A stretch of 64,000 nt of DNA from Marinobacter sp. B9-2. Lineage in GTDB: Bacteria; Pseudomonadota; Gammaproteobacteria; Pseudomonadales; Oleiphilaceae. The DNA lies in assembly GCA_003030785.1 (NCBI GenBank), contig PYVH01000001.1, positions 8,454-72,453 on the forward strand, in the 5' to 3' direction. How positions within the stretch are numbered: position 1 is the stretch's first letter; each line of letters starts with the position of its first letter. The position numbers and the translations under genes are program-made. Shown piece by piece: positions 49,210-60,748 of this stretch. A model generated the notes under the pieces. That model saw only the letters and a list, made by a program, of their open reading frames with translations. It was not told the origin of the DNA and searched no databases.

Positions 49210-51018
49210 TTGTCTGTGACTGAACTGAGCCGAATCCGTAACTTTTCCATCATCGCCCACATCGACCATGGTAAATCCACGCTGGCAGACCGTTTTATCC
49301 AGGTTTGCGGCGGCCTGACCGACCGTGAAATGGCCGAGCAGGTCCTGGACTCCATGGATCTCGAGCGCGAGCGAGGGATTACCATCAAGGCCCAGAGTGT
49401 CACGCTGAATTACAAAGCCCGTGACGGTCAGGAATACAAACTGAATTTTATCGACACCCCGGGCCATGTGGATTTTTCCTACGAGGTGTCGCGCTCCCTC
49501 TATGCCTGCGAAGGTGCCTTGCTGGTGGTTGACGCCGGGCAGGGCGTTGAAGCCCAGTCCGTGGCCAACTGCTATACAGCTATTGAACAGGGGCTGGAGG
49601 TGGTTCCGGTTCTGAACAAGATGGACCTGCCCCAGGCTGAACCCGAGCGGGTGGCCGCGGAAATCGAGGATATCATCGGCATTGAAGCCTCGGATGCGGT
49701 TCGTTGCAGCGCCAAGAGCGGCCTGGGTGTCGAGGATGTGCTGGAGGATCTGATCAAGAGGATCCCTCCGCCGAAGGGCGACCGGAGCGCGCCCCTGCAG
49801 GCGCTGATCATCGATTCCTGGTTCGACAATTATCTGGGCGTCGTGTCCCTGGTGAGGGTGACCGAGGGTACCCTGAAAAAGGGCGACAAGATCGTCATCA
49901 AGTCCACCGGCAAGGCCTGGAACGCCGACAAGGTCGGCATTTTCAATCCCAAGCCGAAAGACACCGACATGCTGGAATCCGGCGACGTCGGCTTCGTGGT
50001 GGCAGGCATCAAGGACATCCACGGTGCACCCGTGGGCGACACCATCGTGCACCAGAAATTCGCCGAGCAGACGCCCATGCTCCCGGGGTTCAAGAAGGTC
50101 AAGCCCCAGGTCTATGCCGGCCTGTTCCCGGTCAGTGCCGATGATTACAACGATTTCCGGGATGCCCTGGAAAAACTCACCCTGAACGATGCTTCGCTGT
50201 TTTTCGAACCGGAGAACTCCGATGCCCTCGGCTTTGGTTTCCGCTGTGGTTTCCTGGGCATGCTGCACATGGAAATTATCCAGGAGCGGCTGGAGCGGGA
50301 ATACGACATCGACCTGATCACCACGGCGCCGACGGTTATCTATGAGGTGGTTACCAAACAGGGTGAGACCCTGTCGGTAGACAACCCGTCTCGGCTTCCG
50401 GATATTGGTTCGATCGAGGAAATGCGTGAGCCGATTGTGGAAGCGAATATCCTGGTGCCCCAGGAGCACATCGGTAACGTAATAGCCTTGTGTGAGGAAA
50501 AGCGCGGCGTCCAGAAGAACATGCACTTCATGACGACCCAGGTTCAGCTCACCTATGAGCTGCCCATGGCCGAGGTAGTGATGGACTTCTTCGACCGGAT
50601 CAAGTCGGCCAGTCGCGGCTTTGCGTCTCTGGATTATCATTTTACCCGATTCCAGAGCGCCAACCTGGTGCGGCTGGACGTACTGATCAACGGCGAACGT
50701 GTCGATGCCCTGGCTATTATCGTGCACAAGGAACAGGCCCATCACAAAGGTCGCCAGCTGATCGAAAAGATGAAAGAACTGATTCCGCGGCAGATGTTCG
50801 ATATTGCCATTCAGGCTGCCATCGGTAACCAGGTGGTGTCGCGGGTCACGGTCAAGGCGCTGCGCAAGAACGTAACCGCCAAGTGTTACGGTGGCGACGT
50901 CAGCCGGAAGAAGAAACTGCTGCAGAAGCAGAAAGAAGGTAAAAAGCGTATGAAGCAGCTGGGTAATGTCGAGGTGCCTCAGGAAGCGTTTCTTGCCGTA
51001 CTGAAAGTAGATAAATAA
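49210..51018 (+). CDS. lepA: Elongation factor 4
   Basis: [53 protein letters not shown]; start TTG 49210 or GTG 49216. Confidence 0.97.
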   Translation: MSVTELSRIRNFSIIAHIDHGKSTLADRFIQVCGGLTDREMAEQVLDSMDLERERGITIKAQSVTLNYKARDGQEYKLNFIDTPGHVDFSYEVSRSLYACEGALLVVDAGQGVEAQSVANCYTAIEQGLEVVPVLNKMDLPQAEPERVAAEIEDIIGIEASDAVRCSAKSGLGVEDVLEDLIKRIPPPKGDRSAPLQALIIDSWFDNYLGVVSLVRVTEGTLKKGDKIVIKSTGKAWNADKVGIFNPKPKDTDMLESGDVGFVVAGIKDIHGAPVGDTIVHQKFAEQTPMLPGFKKVKPQVYAGLFPVSADDYNDFRDALEKLTLNDASLFFEPENSDALGFGFRCGFLGMLHMEIIQERLEREYDIDLITTAPTVIYEVVTKQGETLSVDNPSRLPDIGSIEEMREPIVEANILVPQEHIGNVIALCEEKRGVQKNMHFMTTQVQLTYELPMAEVVMDFFDRIKSASRGFASLDYHFTRFQSANLVRLDVLINGERVDALAIIVHKEQAHHKGRQLIEKMKELIPRQMFDIAIQAAIGNQVVSRVTVKALRKNVTAKCYGGDVSRKKKLLQKQKEGKKRMKQLGNVEVPQEAFLAVLKVDK

Positions 51019-51030
51019 AAGGCCTCCTGG

Positions 51031-51837
51031 ATGGATATCGATTTTCCCCTGGTACTGGTGGTACTGACCTTCGCAACGGGTCTGATCTGGCTGGCGGACA
51101 AGCTGTTTCTTCGTGAGCGTCGTCTCGCTGCCTACCGTGCCAGTGGTGCTGCCGGAGACGTAGGCGATAGCTCCTCCGCAGAATCTGAGGGACCGAAAGA
51201 ACCCTACCTGGTCGACCTCAGCCGATCGTTTTTTCCGGTGTTGGCGATTGTCCTGGTGCTGCGCTCGTTCCTGGTGGAGCCGTTCCAGATCCCGTCGGGC
51301 TCCATGCTGCCCACCCTGGAGGTGGGCGACTTTATTCTGGTGAACAAATACGCCTACGGATTAAGGCTGCCTGTTGCCGGGACCAAAGTGATCCCCGTTG
51401 GCGACCCCCAGAGAGGCGATATCATGGTGTTCCGCTATCCGGAGGACGGCCAGACCAACTACATCAAGCGGGTAATCGGTCTGCCGGGCGATCATATCCG
51501 ATATCGTGACAAGCAGTTGTTCATCAATGGTGAGAAGGTCGAAACGCGATTTATCGCGAGACTGCCGCCGATGGAGCTGCGCCGTGAAGATCTGGGTGAA
51601 GTCGAGCACGACATTTTCCTGACGATGGGTCGGCCCGGTGGCAGTGGTGAGGGCGAGTGGCTGGTGCCCGAAGGCCATTATTTTGTCATGGGTGACAATC
51701 GCGACAACAGTAATGACAGCCGCTACTGGGGCACGGTCCCGGACGAGCTGGTGGTGGGTAAGGCCTTTGCTATCTGGATGCACTGGAAATCCCTTACCAG
51801 TCTGCCATCCTTTGATCGTGTAGGCGGAATCGAGTAA
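51031..51837 (+). CDS. lepB: Signal peptidase I
   Basis: EPFQIPSGSM.PTL, YIKRVIGLPGD, GDNRDNSNDSR. Confidence 0.96.
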   Translation: MDIDFPLVLVVLTFATGLIWLADKLFLRERRLAAYRASGAAGDVGDSSSAESEGPKEPYLVDLSRSFFPVLAIVLVLRSFLVEPFQIPSGSMLPTLEVGDFILVNKYAYGLRLPVAGTKVIPVGDPQRGDIMVFRYPEDGQTNYIKRVIGLPGDHIRYRDKQLFINGEKVETRFIARLPPMELRREDLGEVEHDIFLTMGRPGGSGEGEWLVPEGHYFVMGDNRDNSNDSRYWGTVPDELVVGKAFAIWMHWKSLTSLPSFDRVGGIE

Positions 51838-51863
51838 CTCGGACTATCTGGAGCGCAGTCATA

Positions 51864-52253
51864 ATGAAGAAAAACAATCTTTCCGGCATGGGCCGTCAGC
51901 GGGGTGCCTCGGCATTGACCATGATGGTTATGGTGCTGTTCTTTGGTGGCCTGCTGACGCTGGTGATCAAACTGGGTCCTGCCTACCTGGATGACATCAC
52001 GATTCAGGAGGCGCTGGAAAGCCTTGATGGCACAGAGGGTCTCTCTCAGATGGGGCCGGCCCAGGTCCGCACACTGATTAACAAGCGGCTCAGTGTGAAC
52101 AATGTCCGGGGTTTCGATGCCAAGAATATTTCTGTCGATAAAGACGGCGATCTGGTCGTCATCAATGTTGATTACGAAGTGCGTAACAACCTGTTCAGTA
52201 ATGTGGATACGGTGGTTCACTTCAAGCACCAATATGAGATGAAGGGCAAGTGA
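51864..52253 (+). CDS. DUF4845 family protein
   Basis: RQRG-type prepilin-like N-terminus, TM, KL.PAYLD, YEVR..LF.NVD.VV.F; conserved position between lepB and rnc. Confidence 0.8.
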   Translation: MKKNNLSGMGRQRGASALTMMVMVLFFGGLLTLVIKLGPAYLDDITIQEALESLDGTEGLSQMGPAQVRTLINKRLSVNNVRGFDAKNISVDKDGDLVVINVDYEVRNNLFSNVDTVVHFKHQYEMKGK

Positions 52254-52939
52254 GTTCACAACCGGATCTGGATCAGTTACAGCGGCGCATCGGCTATCAG
52301 TTCAAATCGCCGGAGCGGCTTTTGCTGGCACTTACCCACCGGAGCTACGGGAACCAGAATAACGAGCGCCTCGAATTCCTCGGCGATTCCATTGTGAACA
52401 TGGTTATTGCCGAGTATCTGTTTCTGCACTTCGAAAAAGCCCGTGAAGGTCAGCTGAGTCGTCTGCGGGCCCGGATGGTAAAGGGCGTGACGCTGGCTGA
52501 GATTGGTCGCGAGTTTCAGCTCGGCACATACCTTCGACTGGGCTCGGGAGAACTGAAAAGTGGCGGGTTCCGTCGGGAATCCATCCTGGCTGACGCGGTT
52601 GAGTCCATCATTGGTGCGATCTACCTGGACAGCGATTTTCACACCTGCCGGGAGCAGGTCTTGCGCTGGTTTGAGCACCGCCTGGAGAAGCTTGATCTCC
52701 AGGATACCCAGAAAGACCCCAAGACCCGTTTGCAGGAATACCTTCAGTCCCGCCAGTTTCCACTGCCGCGCTATGACGTGATTTCCGTGGACGGCGAAGC
52801 TCACAACCAGACATTCCATGTATCCTGTGCGCTGCCATCGCTGGACCGAAAGACCACCGGGACCGGCAGCAGCCGCCGGGTGGCCGAGCAGCAGGCAGCC
52901 CGTAACGCCCTGAAAGAACTGGGCGTGGAGAACCAGTAA
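52250..52939 (+). CDS. rnc: Ribonuclease III
   Basis: [28 protein letters not shown] dsRBD; GTG start. Confidence 0.97.
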   Translation: MSSQPDLDQLQRRIGYQFKSPERLLLALTHRSYGNQNNERLEFLGDSIVNMVIAEYLFLHFEKAREGQLSRLRARMVKGVTLAEIGREFQLGTYLRLGSGELKSGGFRRESILADAVESIIGAIYLDSDFHTCREQVLRWFEHRLEKLDLQDTQKDPKTRLQEYLQSRQFPLPRYDVISVDGEAHNQTFHVSCALPSLDRKTTGTGSSRRVAEQQAARNALKELGVENQ

Positions 52940-53856
52940 TGAACGATATCACCCGTCCGGAAAGCCCGGACAGTCGCTGCGGTTTTGTGGCCATCGTTGG
53001 CCGTCCGAATGTGGGCAAGTCCACACTGCTGAACCATATCCTCGGGCAGAAGCTGAGCATCACTTCCCGGAAGCCGCAGACCACCCGTCATCAGGTGCTT
53101 GGCATCAAGACCGTGGGGCCGGTGCAGGCGATCTACGTGGATACACCGGGCATGCATGAGGATGAGCCCCGGGCCATTAACCGTTACATGAACAAGGCGG
53201 CCACGTCGGCGCTCATTGATGTCGATGTGGTGGTGTTCGTGGTGGACCAGCTGGCCTGGACGACCGCGGATGAGATGGTGCTGGAGAAACTCAGCCGGCT
53301 GAAATGCCCTGTGATCCTGGCGGTAAACAAGGTCGACAAGATTGAAAAGCGGGAAAGCCTGCTGCCGCACCTGGACATGCTCTCGAAAAAGCGTGATTTT
53401 GCCGAGATCATTCCACTTTCGGCACTGAAAGAGACCAATCTTGAACCTCTGGAAGAGGCGGTGGGCCGGTTCCTGCCGGAGAGTATCCACTTCTACCCGG
53501 ACGATCAGATCACCGATCGCAGTGAGCGTTTCCTGGCGTCGGAGATTGTCCGGGAAAAAATCACCCGCCAGTTGGGTGCCGAATTGCCTTATTCCGTGGC
53601 GGTGGAGATCGAGGAGTTCAAGCGGGAGGGGAAGACCCTGCATATTTCCGCCCTGATCCTGGTCGAGCGTGAAGGCCAGAAGAAGATCATCATCGGCGAA
53701 AAGGGCGAGCGGATGCGCCGGATTGGTCAGGAGGCGCGCACGGATATGGAACGCATGTTCGACAGCAAGATCATGCTGCGGCTCTGGGTCAAGGTGAAGC
53801 GCGGTTGGGCAGACAGCGACCGGGCCCTGAAGAGCCTGGGCATGAACGACCTCTGA
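52939..53856 (+). CDS. era: GTPase Era
   Basis: [26 protein letters not shown] domain. Confidence 0.97.
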   Translation: MNDITRPESPDSRCGFVAIVGRPNVGKSTLLNHILGQKLSITSRKPQTTRHQVLGIKTVGPVQAIYVDTPGMHEDEPRAINRYMNKAATSALIDVDVVVFVVDQLAWTTADEMVLEKLSRLKCPVILAVNKVDKIEKRESLLPHLDMLSKKRDFAEIIPLSALKETNLEPLEEAVGRFLPESIHFYPDDQITDRSERFLASEIVREKITRQLGAELPYSVAVEIEEFKREGKTLHISALILVEREGQKKIIIGEKGERMRRIGQEARTDMERMFDSKIMLRLWVKVKRGWADSDRALKSLGMNDL

Positions 53857-53863
53857 GGCGGCT

Positions 53864-54592
53864 ATGAAGGGGCCTGAGCTACAGGAGCCCGCTTATGTCC
53901 TTCACCGCCGGCCCTGGCGGGAAACCAGCCTGATGGTGGATCTCTTTGCCCTGAACCATGGCCGGATGACAGTCATTGCCCGGGGCGCCAACAGTGCCAA
54001 AAGTCCTCTGAAAGCCCAGCTACAGCCCTTCCAGCCGCTGGTGGTGGACTGGGCCGGTCGGGGCGACCTGAAAACCCTTACCCAGGTCGACGTGCGAACC
54101 GGCCCGACAATCACCCGGACAGTGTCGCTCTATAGTGGCTTATACCTGAATGAACTGTTGCAGCGGGTTCTGCCCGCCGCCGATCCCCATCCGACCCTCT
54201 TTGCAGCCTACATAGATGCCATCGGGCAGCTGTCCGACACCACAGACGTGGAGCCGGTGCTGCGGCGGTTCGAACTCGCTTTTGCTGCCGCCCTGGGTTA
54301 CGACTTTGCCTGGGATCTTGCCACCGATACGGGGCAATCCGTCGAGCCTGGCCGGGAGTATTGTTATGATCCGGAGCAGGGCATTGTTTCCGGGCTGTCG
54401 GCCGGTGTGCGCCTGCGGAATCTGCCCGGGGAAGTATTACTGGATCTGGCCCGGGATGATCTGCAATCGGACCGCTGTCGGCGGCTGGCGAAGCGGGTCA
54501 TGCGGGTACTGATCGATTATCTTCTGCAGGGGCGCCCCCTGAACAGTCGCAGCCTTTTCACTCACCTTCGGGGAGAATCCCATGAATCCTAG
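53864..54592 (+). CDS. recO: DNA repair protein RecO
   Basis: [41 protein letters not shown]. Confidence 0.94.
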   Translation: MKGPELQEPAYVLHRRPWRETSLMVDLFALNHGRMTVIARGANSAKSPLKAQLQPFQPLVVDWAGRGDLKTLTQVDVRTGPTITRTVSLYSGLYLNELLQRVLPAADPHPTLFAAYIDAIGQLSDTTDVEPVLRRFELAFAAALGYDFAWDLATDTGQSVEPGREYCYDPEQGIVSGLSAGVRLRNLPGEVLLDLARDDLQSDRCRRLAKRVMRVLIDYLLQGRPLNSRSLFTHLRGESHES

Positions 54593-55322
54593 AGTACTGC
54601 TTGGCGTCAATATTGATCACGTTGCCACCCTCCGTCAGGCGAGGGGGACCCGGTATCCGGATCCGGTTCAGGCAGCACTGATGGCCGAGGAAGCCGGGGC
54701 AGACGGCATCACGATCCATCCGCGGGAAGACCGTCGTCATATCCAGGATCGGGACGTGCTGTTACTCAAGGAAGTGCTTCAGACCAAGATGAACCTGGAG
54801 ATGGCGGTTACCGATGCCATGCTGGCGTTTGCCGAGCAGGTTCGGCCGGAATGTGTCTGCCTGGTGCCGGAGAAGCGTGAGGAATTGACCACCGAGGGCG
54901 GTCTGGATGTGGAAGGTCAGGAATCCCGGGTGGCCAAGGCCTGTGAGCGCCTCGCCCGAATTGGCGCCGAAGTGTCATTGTTTATTGATCCGGACCCGGC
55001 CCAGATTGATGCCGCAGTGCGTTGCGGCGCGCCGGTAGTCGAACTTCACACCGGAGAGTATGCCGAGGCCGAAACGCCAGAGGCTGAAAATGCCGCGTTC
55101 AAAACCATTGCCGATGCGGTGGCCTATGCCCGCAAGAAAGGGCTTATCGTCAATGCCGGCCACGGCCTGCATTATCACAACACCGAGCGGGTAGCGGCGA
55201 TCCATGGCATCAACGAACTGAATATTGGCCATGCCATTATCGCCCGAGCGGTTTTCACCGGTCTGAAAGAAGCGGTCCGGGATATGAAGGCCATTATTGA
55301 TCAGGCCCGCAGCCGGGCCTGA
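54582..55322 (+). CDS. pdxJ: Pyridoxine 5'-phosphate synthase
   Basis: [45 protein letters not shown]. Confidence 0.97.
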   Translation: MNPRVLLGVNIDHVATLRQARGTRYPDPVQAALMAEEAGADGITIHPREDRRHIQDRDVLLLKEVLQTKMNLEMAVTDAMLAFAEQVRPECVCLVPEKREELTTEGGLDVEGQESRVAKACERLARIGAEVSLFIDPDPAQIDAAVRCGAPVVELHTGEYAEAETPEAENAAFKTIADAVAYARKKGLIVNAGHGLHYHNTERVAAIHGINELNIGHAIIARAVFTGLKEAVRDMKAIIDQARSRA

Positions 55323-55334
55323 TTCGAGGTAGCG

Positions 55335-58196
55335 TCAGTTCGTTTCGGCGGCCTCGTGGCGTTCGCGGAACAGCTGTTGCCAGTCGGTCTGGTCGCTCCA
55401 GATCTGCAGGCGCTCCATGGCCGAGAGCAGCTGGTCTTTCTGGTGCTCCAGATCCGGGGCAGAGCATTTGATCGCCGTTTCCAGATGGTTAGCTGCGGCC
55501 CTCAGTTCCGGTACGCCGCAGTAGCGGGTGGCGCCATGGAGTTTGTGAACGCACTCCAGCAGCTCTTCCATATTGTCGTTGGTCCAGAGTTCCGGGATCC
55601 GCTCCCGATCCACGTGGACCTGTTCCAGCAGCATGCTGAACAGTTCTTCCGCCAGGTCAGCTTTGCCGGCGGCCAGCTGAATGCTTTCCTCGACGCTGAC
55701 GCAGTCCTGCTGCATTTTGCGCGTTGATGGCCGCAGGGCCCGACGGGTGTCGCGAACTTCCGGCACGGGAAGCCGACCGTCGCTGCCGCTCTTCGGGCAC
55801 ACGTAGCCGGTGTACTCATGAATGATGTCGTTGAGCTGGCCACTGCTGATGGGTTTGGGCATGTAGCCATCGAAACCCTGCTTGGTCAGCCGTTCCTGCT
55901 CGTCCGACAGGGCATGGGCGGTCAGGGCAATGATCGGGGTCCGGTGATTGCCGGTATCCATCTCCCTCAGCCTGGCCGTGGTTTCCACACCGTCCATGCC
56001 GGGCATCTGCAGATCCATGAAGACCAGGTCGAAGGGTTTCTGTCTGGCCTTGCTCAGGGCTTCAAATCCGCTGGAAGCGCCCTCGGCGTCCAGTTGGCAG
56101 TCTTCCAGCAGGGTCATTACCAGCTTCAGGTTGGCGTCGTTGTCATCCACTGCCAGTACCCGGGGAACATTGGCGGTGGTCACGCGGTTGGCGGAAATCT
56201 CGTATTCGGGCACCCGCCCGCTGGAATTGATGCCGTGCACCAGCAGCAGAAGCTCGTCGTAGAGGGAATCGCGGCACACCGGTTTGGTGAGGTGGCCGCT
56301 GGCAAGCCCCGATAGTGGCGTGTCGTGAGTTTCCAGGGTGGGGGTCAGCAACAGTGTCCGGCAATCCCGTTCGATCTCAAGGGTACGGACAAGGCTGCAG
56401 TACTGGCTGGAATTGAGCAGGTGCCGGGTAATGCCGACAATGGCCACGGCGTAACCAGCCTGGCTTTTCTGGGCTTCCTCGATGTGTTCCTGCAGTGCAC
56501 CGGGTGAGGCCACCCGGTCCACCACCATGCCCCAATCCCGCAACAGGTGTTCCACGGCCAGGCCAGTGGTTTTCTGTTGTTCCAGATAGATGACCCGTTC
56601 ACCACGCAGGGCATCCCGGGGGGCAATGGCCTCACCGCTGGTGGCAAGCTCCGATGTGAGGGTGAACCAGAAGGTCGAGCCCTTGCCAAGTTCGCTCTCA
56701 AGCCCGATCTTGCCCCCCATCTCCTCAACCAGACGCTTCGAGATGGCCAGCCCAAGGCCGGTACCACCGTATTGACGGGCCGTGGAGGCATCGGCCTGAC
56801 TGAAGGCGTTGAACAGGGATTGCTGTTGGGCCCGGGAGAGACCCACGCCGGAATCCGTGATGCTCAGGCGCAGCGTAACCCGGTTGGAATCGGTCTCTTC
56901 CTCTTCCAGGCTCGCCCGCAGGACTACCTCGCCGGTCTGGGTAAACTTGATGGCGTTGTTGACCAGGTTGGTGATCACCTGTTTGACCCGCAAGGGGTCA
57001 CCCATGATGTTGTCCGGCACATCGTTGTAGACCAGTGGCACCAGATCCAGGTTCTTGGCATGGGCGGCCGGCGCCAGCATGACCATGACTTCCTCAACAA
57101 TATCCCGCAACTGGAAGGGCACCCGGTCCAGGATCAGCTTGCCGGCCTCAATCTTGGAGAAGTCCAGGATGTCGTTGATGATGGTAAGCAGGATCTCCGA
57201 GGATTTCCTGATGGTGCTCAGATGGTCCCGCTGCTGTCGTGGCAGGGGGCTCTTCAGGAGCAGCTCGGTGAAGCCGATGATGCCGTTCAGCGGGGTGCGG
57301 ATCTCGTGTGACATGTTGGCCAGGAACTCTGACTTTATCCGGCTCGCTTCCAGCGCTTCCTTGCGGGCGAAATCCAGCTCGATGTTCTGGATTTCGATGG
57401 TTTCCAGGGTTTCCCGCAGATCTTCGGTGGCCTGGTCGATGTTCTGCTGCATTTCCGCCTGGGCCTTGCTCAGCTCTTCGGCCATGGCATTGAGGCCGGA
57501 TTCCAGCTGTTCGAACTCCGGCCCGGCGCCGGTGTAGACCCGGGTATCCAGCTTGCCTTCCTTGAGTTTGGCAACGGCCTCGTTCAGTTCGAACACCGGG
57601 TTGGTGAACGCACGGCTCAGTCGCAGGGCAATGGCCATGCTGAGAATGACGCCCCCGAGAATGAGCAGCAGGGAAATAAGCAGGGCCTTGTACGTCTCTT
57701 TTTCGGTGCGGATATGGGACATTTCCACAACCACCCAGCCCAGAGGCTCCCGCAGATTCGACATGGACTGGCGGGCATCCGGGTCGAGCATGCTCTCGAT
57801 CATCAGATCCTGCAGAAACACGGGGGTGATAAACCGGGTGCTGTTTTTCCGGGATATCCGGGTTGCGTGCTCGGCGGACTGCACGGTCTCCGAGCTTCCG
57901 GGCCCGGTGTGGAGCAGGCGGGAGCCGTCACTGCCAAAGAAGGTGATGGAGCGCACGTCCTGCTCTTCCAGGAGGGCATTGGAGAGGCTGCTGAGCAGGC
58001 TTCGGTTGGCAGTGAAAAGGCCGTACTCGGAACCGGCCGCGAGCTGACGGGAGAGTGACTCGCCCCGGTCCTTCAGCAGACTTTCGATATTTTTGACCCA
58101 GCTGTAGGTGAAGAACAGCCCCAGCATCAGGGTGGTCAGCAGGGTGGGAACCAGCGTCACCACTAAAACTTTCTTGCGAATGCCCCAACGTCGCAT
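55335..58196 (-). CDS. gacS: Hybrid sensor kinase GacS/BarA
   Basis: [39 protein letters not shown], receiver (MDLQMP), Hpt ([11 protein letters not shown]); synteny with cysM-rlmD-relA. Confidence 0.9.
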   Translation of the reverse strand: MRRWGIRKKVLVVTLVPTLLTTLMLGLFFTYSWVKNIESLLKDRGESLSRQLAAGSEYGLFTANRSLLSSLSNALLEEQDVRSITFFGSDGSRLLHTGPGSSETVQSAEHATRISRKNSTRFITPVFLQDLMIESMLDPDARQSMSNLREPLGWVVVEMSHIRTEKETYKALLISLLLILGGVILSMAIALRLSRAFTNPVFELNEAVAKLKEGKLDTRVYTGAGPEFEQLESGLNAMAEELSKAQAEMQQNIDQATEDLRETLETIEIQNIELDFARKEALEASRIKSEFLANMSHEIRTPLNGIIGFTELLLKSPLPRQQRDHLSTIRKSSEILLTIINDILDFSKIEAGKLILDRVPFQLRDIVEEVMVMLAPAAHAKNLDLVPLVYNDVPDNIMGDPLRVKQVITNLVNNAIKFTQTGEVVLRASLEEEETDSNRVTLRLSITDSGVGLSRAQQQSLFNAFSQADASTARQYGGTGLGLAISKRLVEEMGGKIGLESELGKGSTFWFTLTSELATSGEAIAPRDALRGERVIYLEQQKTTGLAVEHLLRDWGMVVDRVASPGALQEHIEEAQKSQAGYAVAIVGITRHLLNSSQYCSLVRTLEIERDCRTLLLTPTLETHDTPLSGLASGHLTKPVCRDSLYDELLLLVHGINSSGRVPEYEISANRVTTANVPRVLAVDDNDANLKLVMTLLEDCQLDAEGASSGFEALSKARQKPFDLVFMDLQMPGMDGVETTARLREMDTGNHRTPIIALTAHALSDEQERLTKQGFDGYMPKPISSGQLNDIIHEYTGYVCPKSGSDGRLPVPEVRDTRRALRPSTRKMQQDCVSVEESIQLAAGKADLAEELFSMLLEQVHVDRERIPELWTNDNMEELLECVHKLHGATRYCGVPELRAAANHLETAIKCSAPDLEHQKDQLLSAMERLQIWSDQTDWQQLFRERHEAAETN

Positions 58197-58421
58197 ACCG
58201 TGTTCCTGAATTATTGCTTTTGTCCGCGCCGCAGAGCGGAAAACGTCCGTGTTAAGAATAGCTGATCCGGAACGGGATAACTGTGGTATCAGTCCCGACG
58301 GTACCGGAAAATCCCGTGTCGGATATAGCCGCCGGTCATGGATATAGCGAGAAGCTGTATTGGGAGACCGGGGCGATAACGCGTATCATGCGAAGCCAAA
58401 AGTGTACCACAGGGTTATCAT

Positions 58422-59315
58422 ATGCATTTTCCCACCATTGAAGATTATGTCGGGCACACCCCTCTGGTTCGCCTGCAGCGTCTCCCCGGTGAGACGAGTA
58501 ACGTGATTCTGGCCAAGCTGGAAGGGAATAACCCCGCCGGCTCGGTGAAGGATCGCCCGGCCATCAGCATGATCCAGGAAGCGGAGCGTCGGGGCGACAT
58601 CAAGCCGGGCGATACCCTGATCGAGGCGACCAGTGGTAACACCGGCATTGCCCTGGCCATGGCGGCTGCCATCAAGGGGTACCGGATGGTGCTGATCATG
58701 CCCGCGAACATGAGTGAGGAGCGTCGGGCATCCATGCGCGCCTATGGTGCGGAGATTGTCACGGTCACCAGGGAAGAGGGTATGGAAACTGCCCGTGACC
58801 TGGCCCTTAAGATGCAGGCGGAGGGCAAGGGCAGGGTGCTGGACCAGTTCAGCAACCAGGACAACCCTCTGGCGCACTACCGCACGACCGGTCCCGAGAT
58901 CTGGGAGCAGACCGGGGGGCGTGTCACCCATTTTGTCAGCTCCATGGGCACTACCGGCACCATCATGGGCGTGTCCCGTTACCTCAAGGAGCGCAACCCG
59001 GATATTCGCATTATCGGGCTTCAGCCCAAAGAGGGTGCGTCCATACCCGGGATACGTCGATGGCCCGAAGCCTACCTGCCGAAAATCTACGATGCCGCAC
59101 GGGTGGACGAGGTGTTGGATGTTGGCCAGGAAGAGGCCGAAAACACCATGCGGGCCCTGGCTTCCGAGGAAGGCATTTTCTGTGGCGTCTCCTCCGGCGG
59201 TTCGATCGCGGCCGCGCTCAAGCTCTCGCAGCAGGTTGAAAACGCCATCATCGTGGCCATTATCTGTGACCGCGGCGACCGCTATCTATCCACCGGTGTA
59301 TTTCCCGGCGCCTGA
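58422..59315 (+). CDS. cysM: Cysteine synthase B
   Basis: [49 protein letters not shown]. Confidence 0.95.
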   Translation: MHFPTIEDYVGHTPLVRLQRLPGETSNVILAKLEGNNPAGSVKDRPAISMIQEAERRGDIKPGDTLIEATSGNTGIALAMAAAIKGYRMVLIMPANMSEERRASMRAYGAEIVTVTREEGMETARDLALKMQAEGKGRVLDQFSNQDNPLAHYRTTGPEIWEQTGGRVTHFVSSMGTTGTIMGVSRYLKERNPDIRIIGLQPKEGASIPGIRRWPEAYLPKIYDAARVDEVLDVGQEEAENTMRALASEEGIFCGVSSGGSIAAALKLSQQVENAIIVAIICDRGDRYLSTGVFPGA

Positions 59316-59341
59316 ACACGATTCCACCAAGAGACCCGAGT

Positions 59342-60691
59342 ATGAGCAGACGACGCAGGAAGGTTCTTCCAAAAGAGCCCGTGCGCTGTGAGATTGAGAC
59401 CCTGAGCCATGACGGCCGGGGTATCGCCCGTCAGGATGGCAAGACCCAGTTTGTCGATGGCGCCCTTCCGGGCGAAACCGTGATGGCGAAAGTGGTGTCC
59501 AGTCGAAGCAAGTTCGACGAACTGCGCACCGAAGAGGTTCTGGAAGCCGCGCCGGATCGCCAGACGCCACCCTGCGAGTTTGCCGACCTGTGCGGTGGCT
59601 GTAGCCTCCAGCATATGAGTGGCGATGCCCAGATCGCGTTCAAGGAGAATACCCTGCGGGAGCATTTTGCCCATTTCGGGGGCATCGAGCCCGAGCAGTG
59701 GATTGAGCCACTGCGCTCGGAAGAGAGCCTCGGCTATCGCCGCAAGGCGCGCCTCGGGGTTCGTTACGTCAAGGCCCGGGAGTCTGTCCTGGTGGGGTTC
59801 CGTGAGAAGCGCAACAGTTTCCTGACCGACATCGATCGTTGTGTGGTGCTGGATCCGCGCATTGGCGACCGCATACTGCCCCTGCGCAACATGCTGCATG
59901 ACCTGGAGGCCTACAGCCGAATCGCCCAGGTGGAAGTTGCCTGTGGCGATGATGTGGCGGTAATGGTGTTCCGGAACATGGATGACCTGTCGGCCGATGA
60001 TCGGGAAAAGCTCATTGCCTTCGGCCAGGCTCACGATTTGCATATCTACCTGCAGCCAAAAGGGCCCGACACCGTTCATCGGATCTGGCCCGAGTCCTCT
60101 GGCCGGGATGATGAACGACTGAGCTACAGGCTGGAAGAATTCGACCTGACCATGAAATTTCATCCCATGGACTTTACCCAGGTCAATGCAGGCATTAACC
60201 GTGCGATGGTACACAGGGCTGTGGAATGGCTGGATATCCAGCCGGGTGAGCGTGTCCTGGATCTCTTCTGCGGTCTGGGGAACTTTACGCTGCCCCTGGC
60301 CCGAAGGGGCGGACAGGTTGTCGGCGTTGAGGGTGACGAGACCATGGTTGTTCGCGGTCGGGAAAACGCGGAACTAAATGGTCTGGACAATGTCGCTTTT
60401 CACGGTGCCGATCTGCACGGCGATTTCACTGGCCAGAGCTGGGCGAAGGAAGGGTTCGACAAGATCCTGATTGATCCGCCCCGCTCCGGCGCCGAGGAAA
60501 TCTGCAAGTACCTGACCGCCTTCGGTGCCCGGAAGATAGTCTATGTCTCCTGTAACCCGGCAACGCTCGCGCGGGACGCAGGCGTTATGGTGCGCAATGG
60601 CTATCGCCTGGTGCGCGCAGGTGTGATGGACATGTTCCCCCACACCACTCACGTGGAATCCATCGCGTTGTTCGAACGGGATTCCGACTGA
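59342..60691 (+). CDS. rlmD: 23S rRNA (uracil-1939-C5)-methyltransferase
   Basis: TRAM domain, [51 protein letters not shown]. Confidence 0.94.
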   Translation: MSRRRRKVLPKEPVRCEIETLSHDGRGIARQDGKTQFVDGALPGETVMAKVVSSRSKFDELRTEEVLEAAPDRQTPPCEFADLCGGCSLQHMSGDAQIAFKENTLREHFAHFGGIEPEQWIEPLRSEESLGYRRKARLGVRYVKARESVLVGFREKRNSFLTDIDRCVVLDPRIGDRILPLRNMLHDLEAYSRIAQVEVACGDDVAVMVFRNMDDLSADDREKLIAFGQAHDLHIYLQPKGPDTVHRIWPESSGRDDERLSYRLEEFDLTMKFHPMDFTQVNAGINRAMVHRAVEWLDIQPGERVLDLFCGLGNFTLPLARRGGQVVGVEGDETMVVRGRENAELNGLDNVAFHGADLHGDFTGQSWAKEGFDKILIDPPRSGAEEICKYLTAFGARKIVYVSCNPATLARDAGVMVRNGYRLVRAGVMDMFPHTTHVESIALFERDSD

Positions 60692-60748
60692 AGATGCGGT
60701 GGGCAGTCAGGGATGGCTGCGGCAACCATCAGGAATAACAAGACTGAT

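Noticed and set aside
49207..50745. 512-aa ORF antisense to lepA
   Set aside because: Antisense shadow caused by codon bias of a conserved gene
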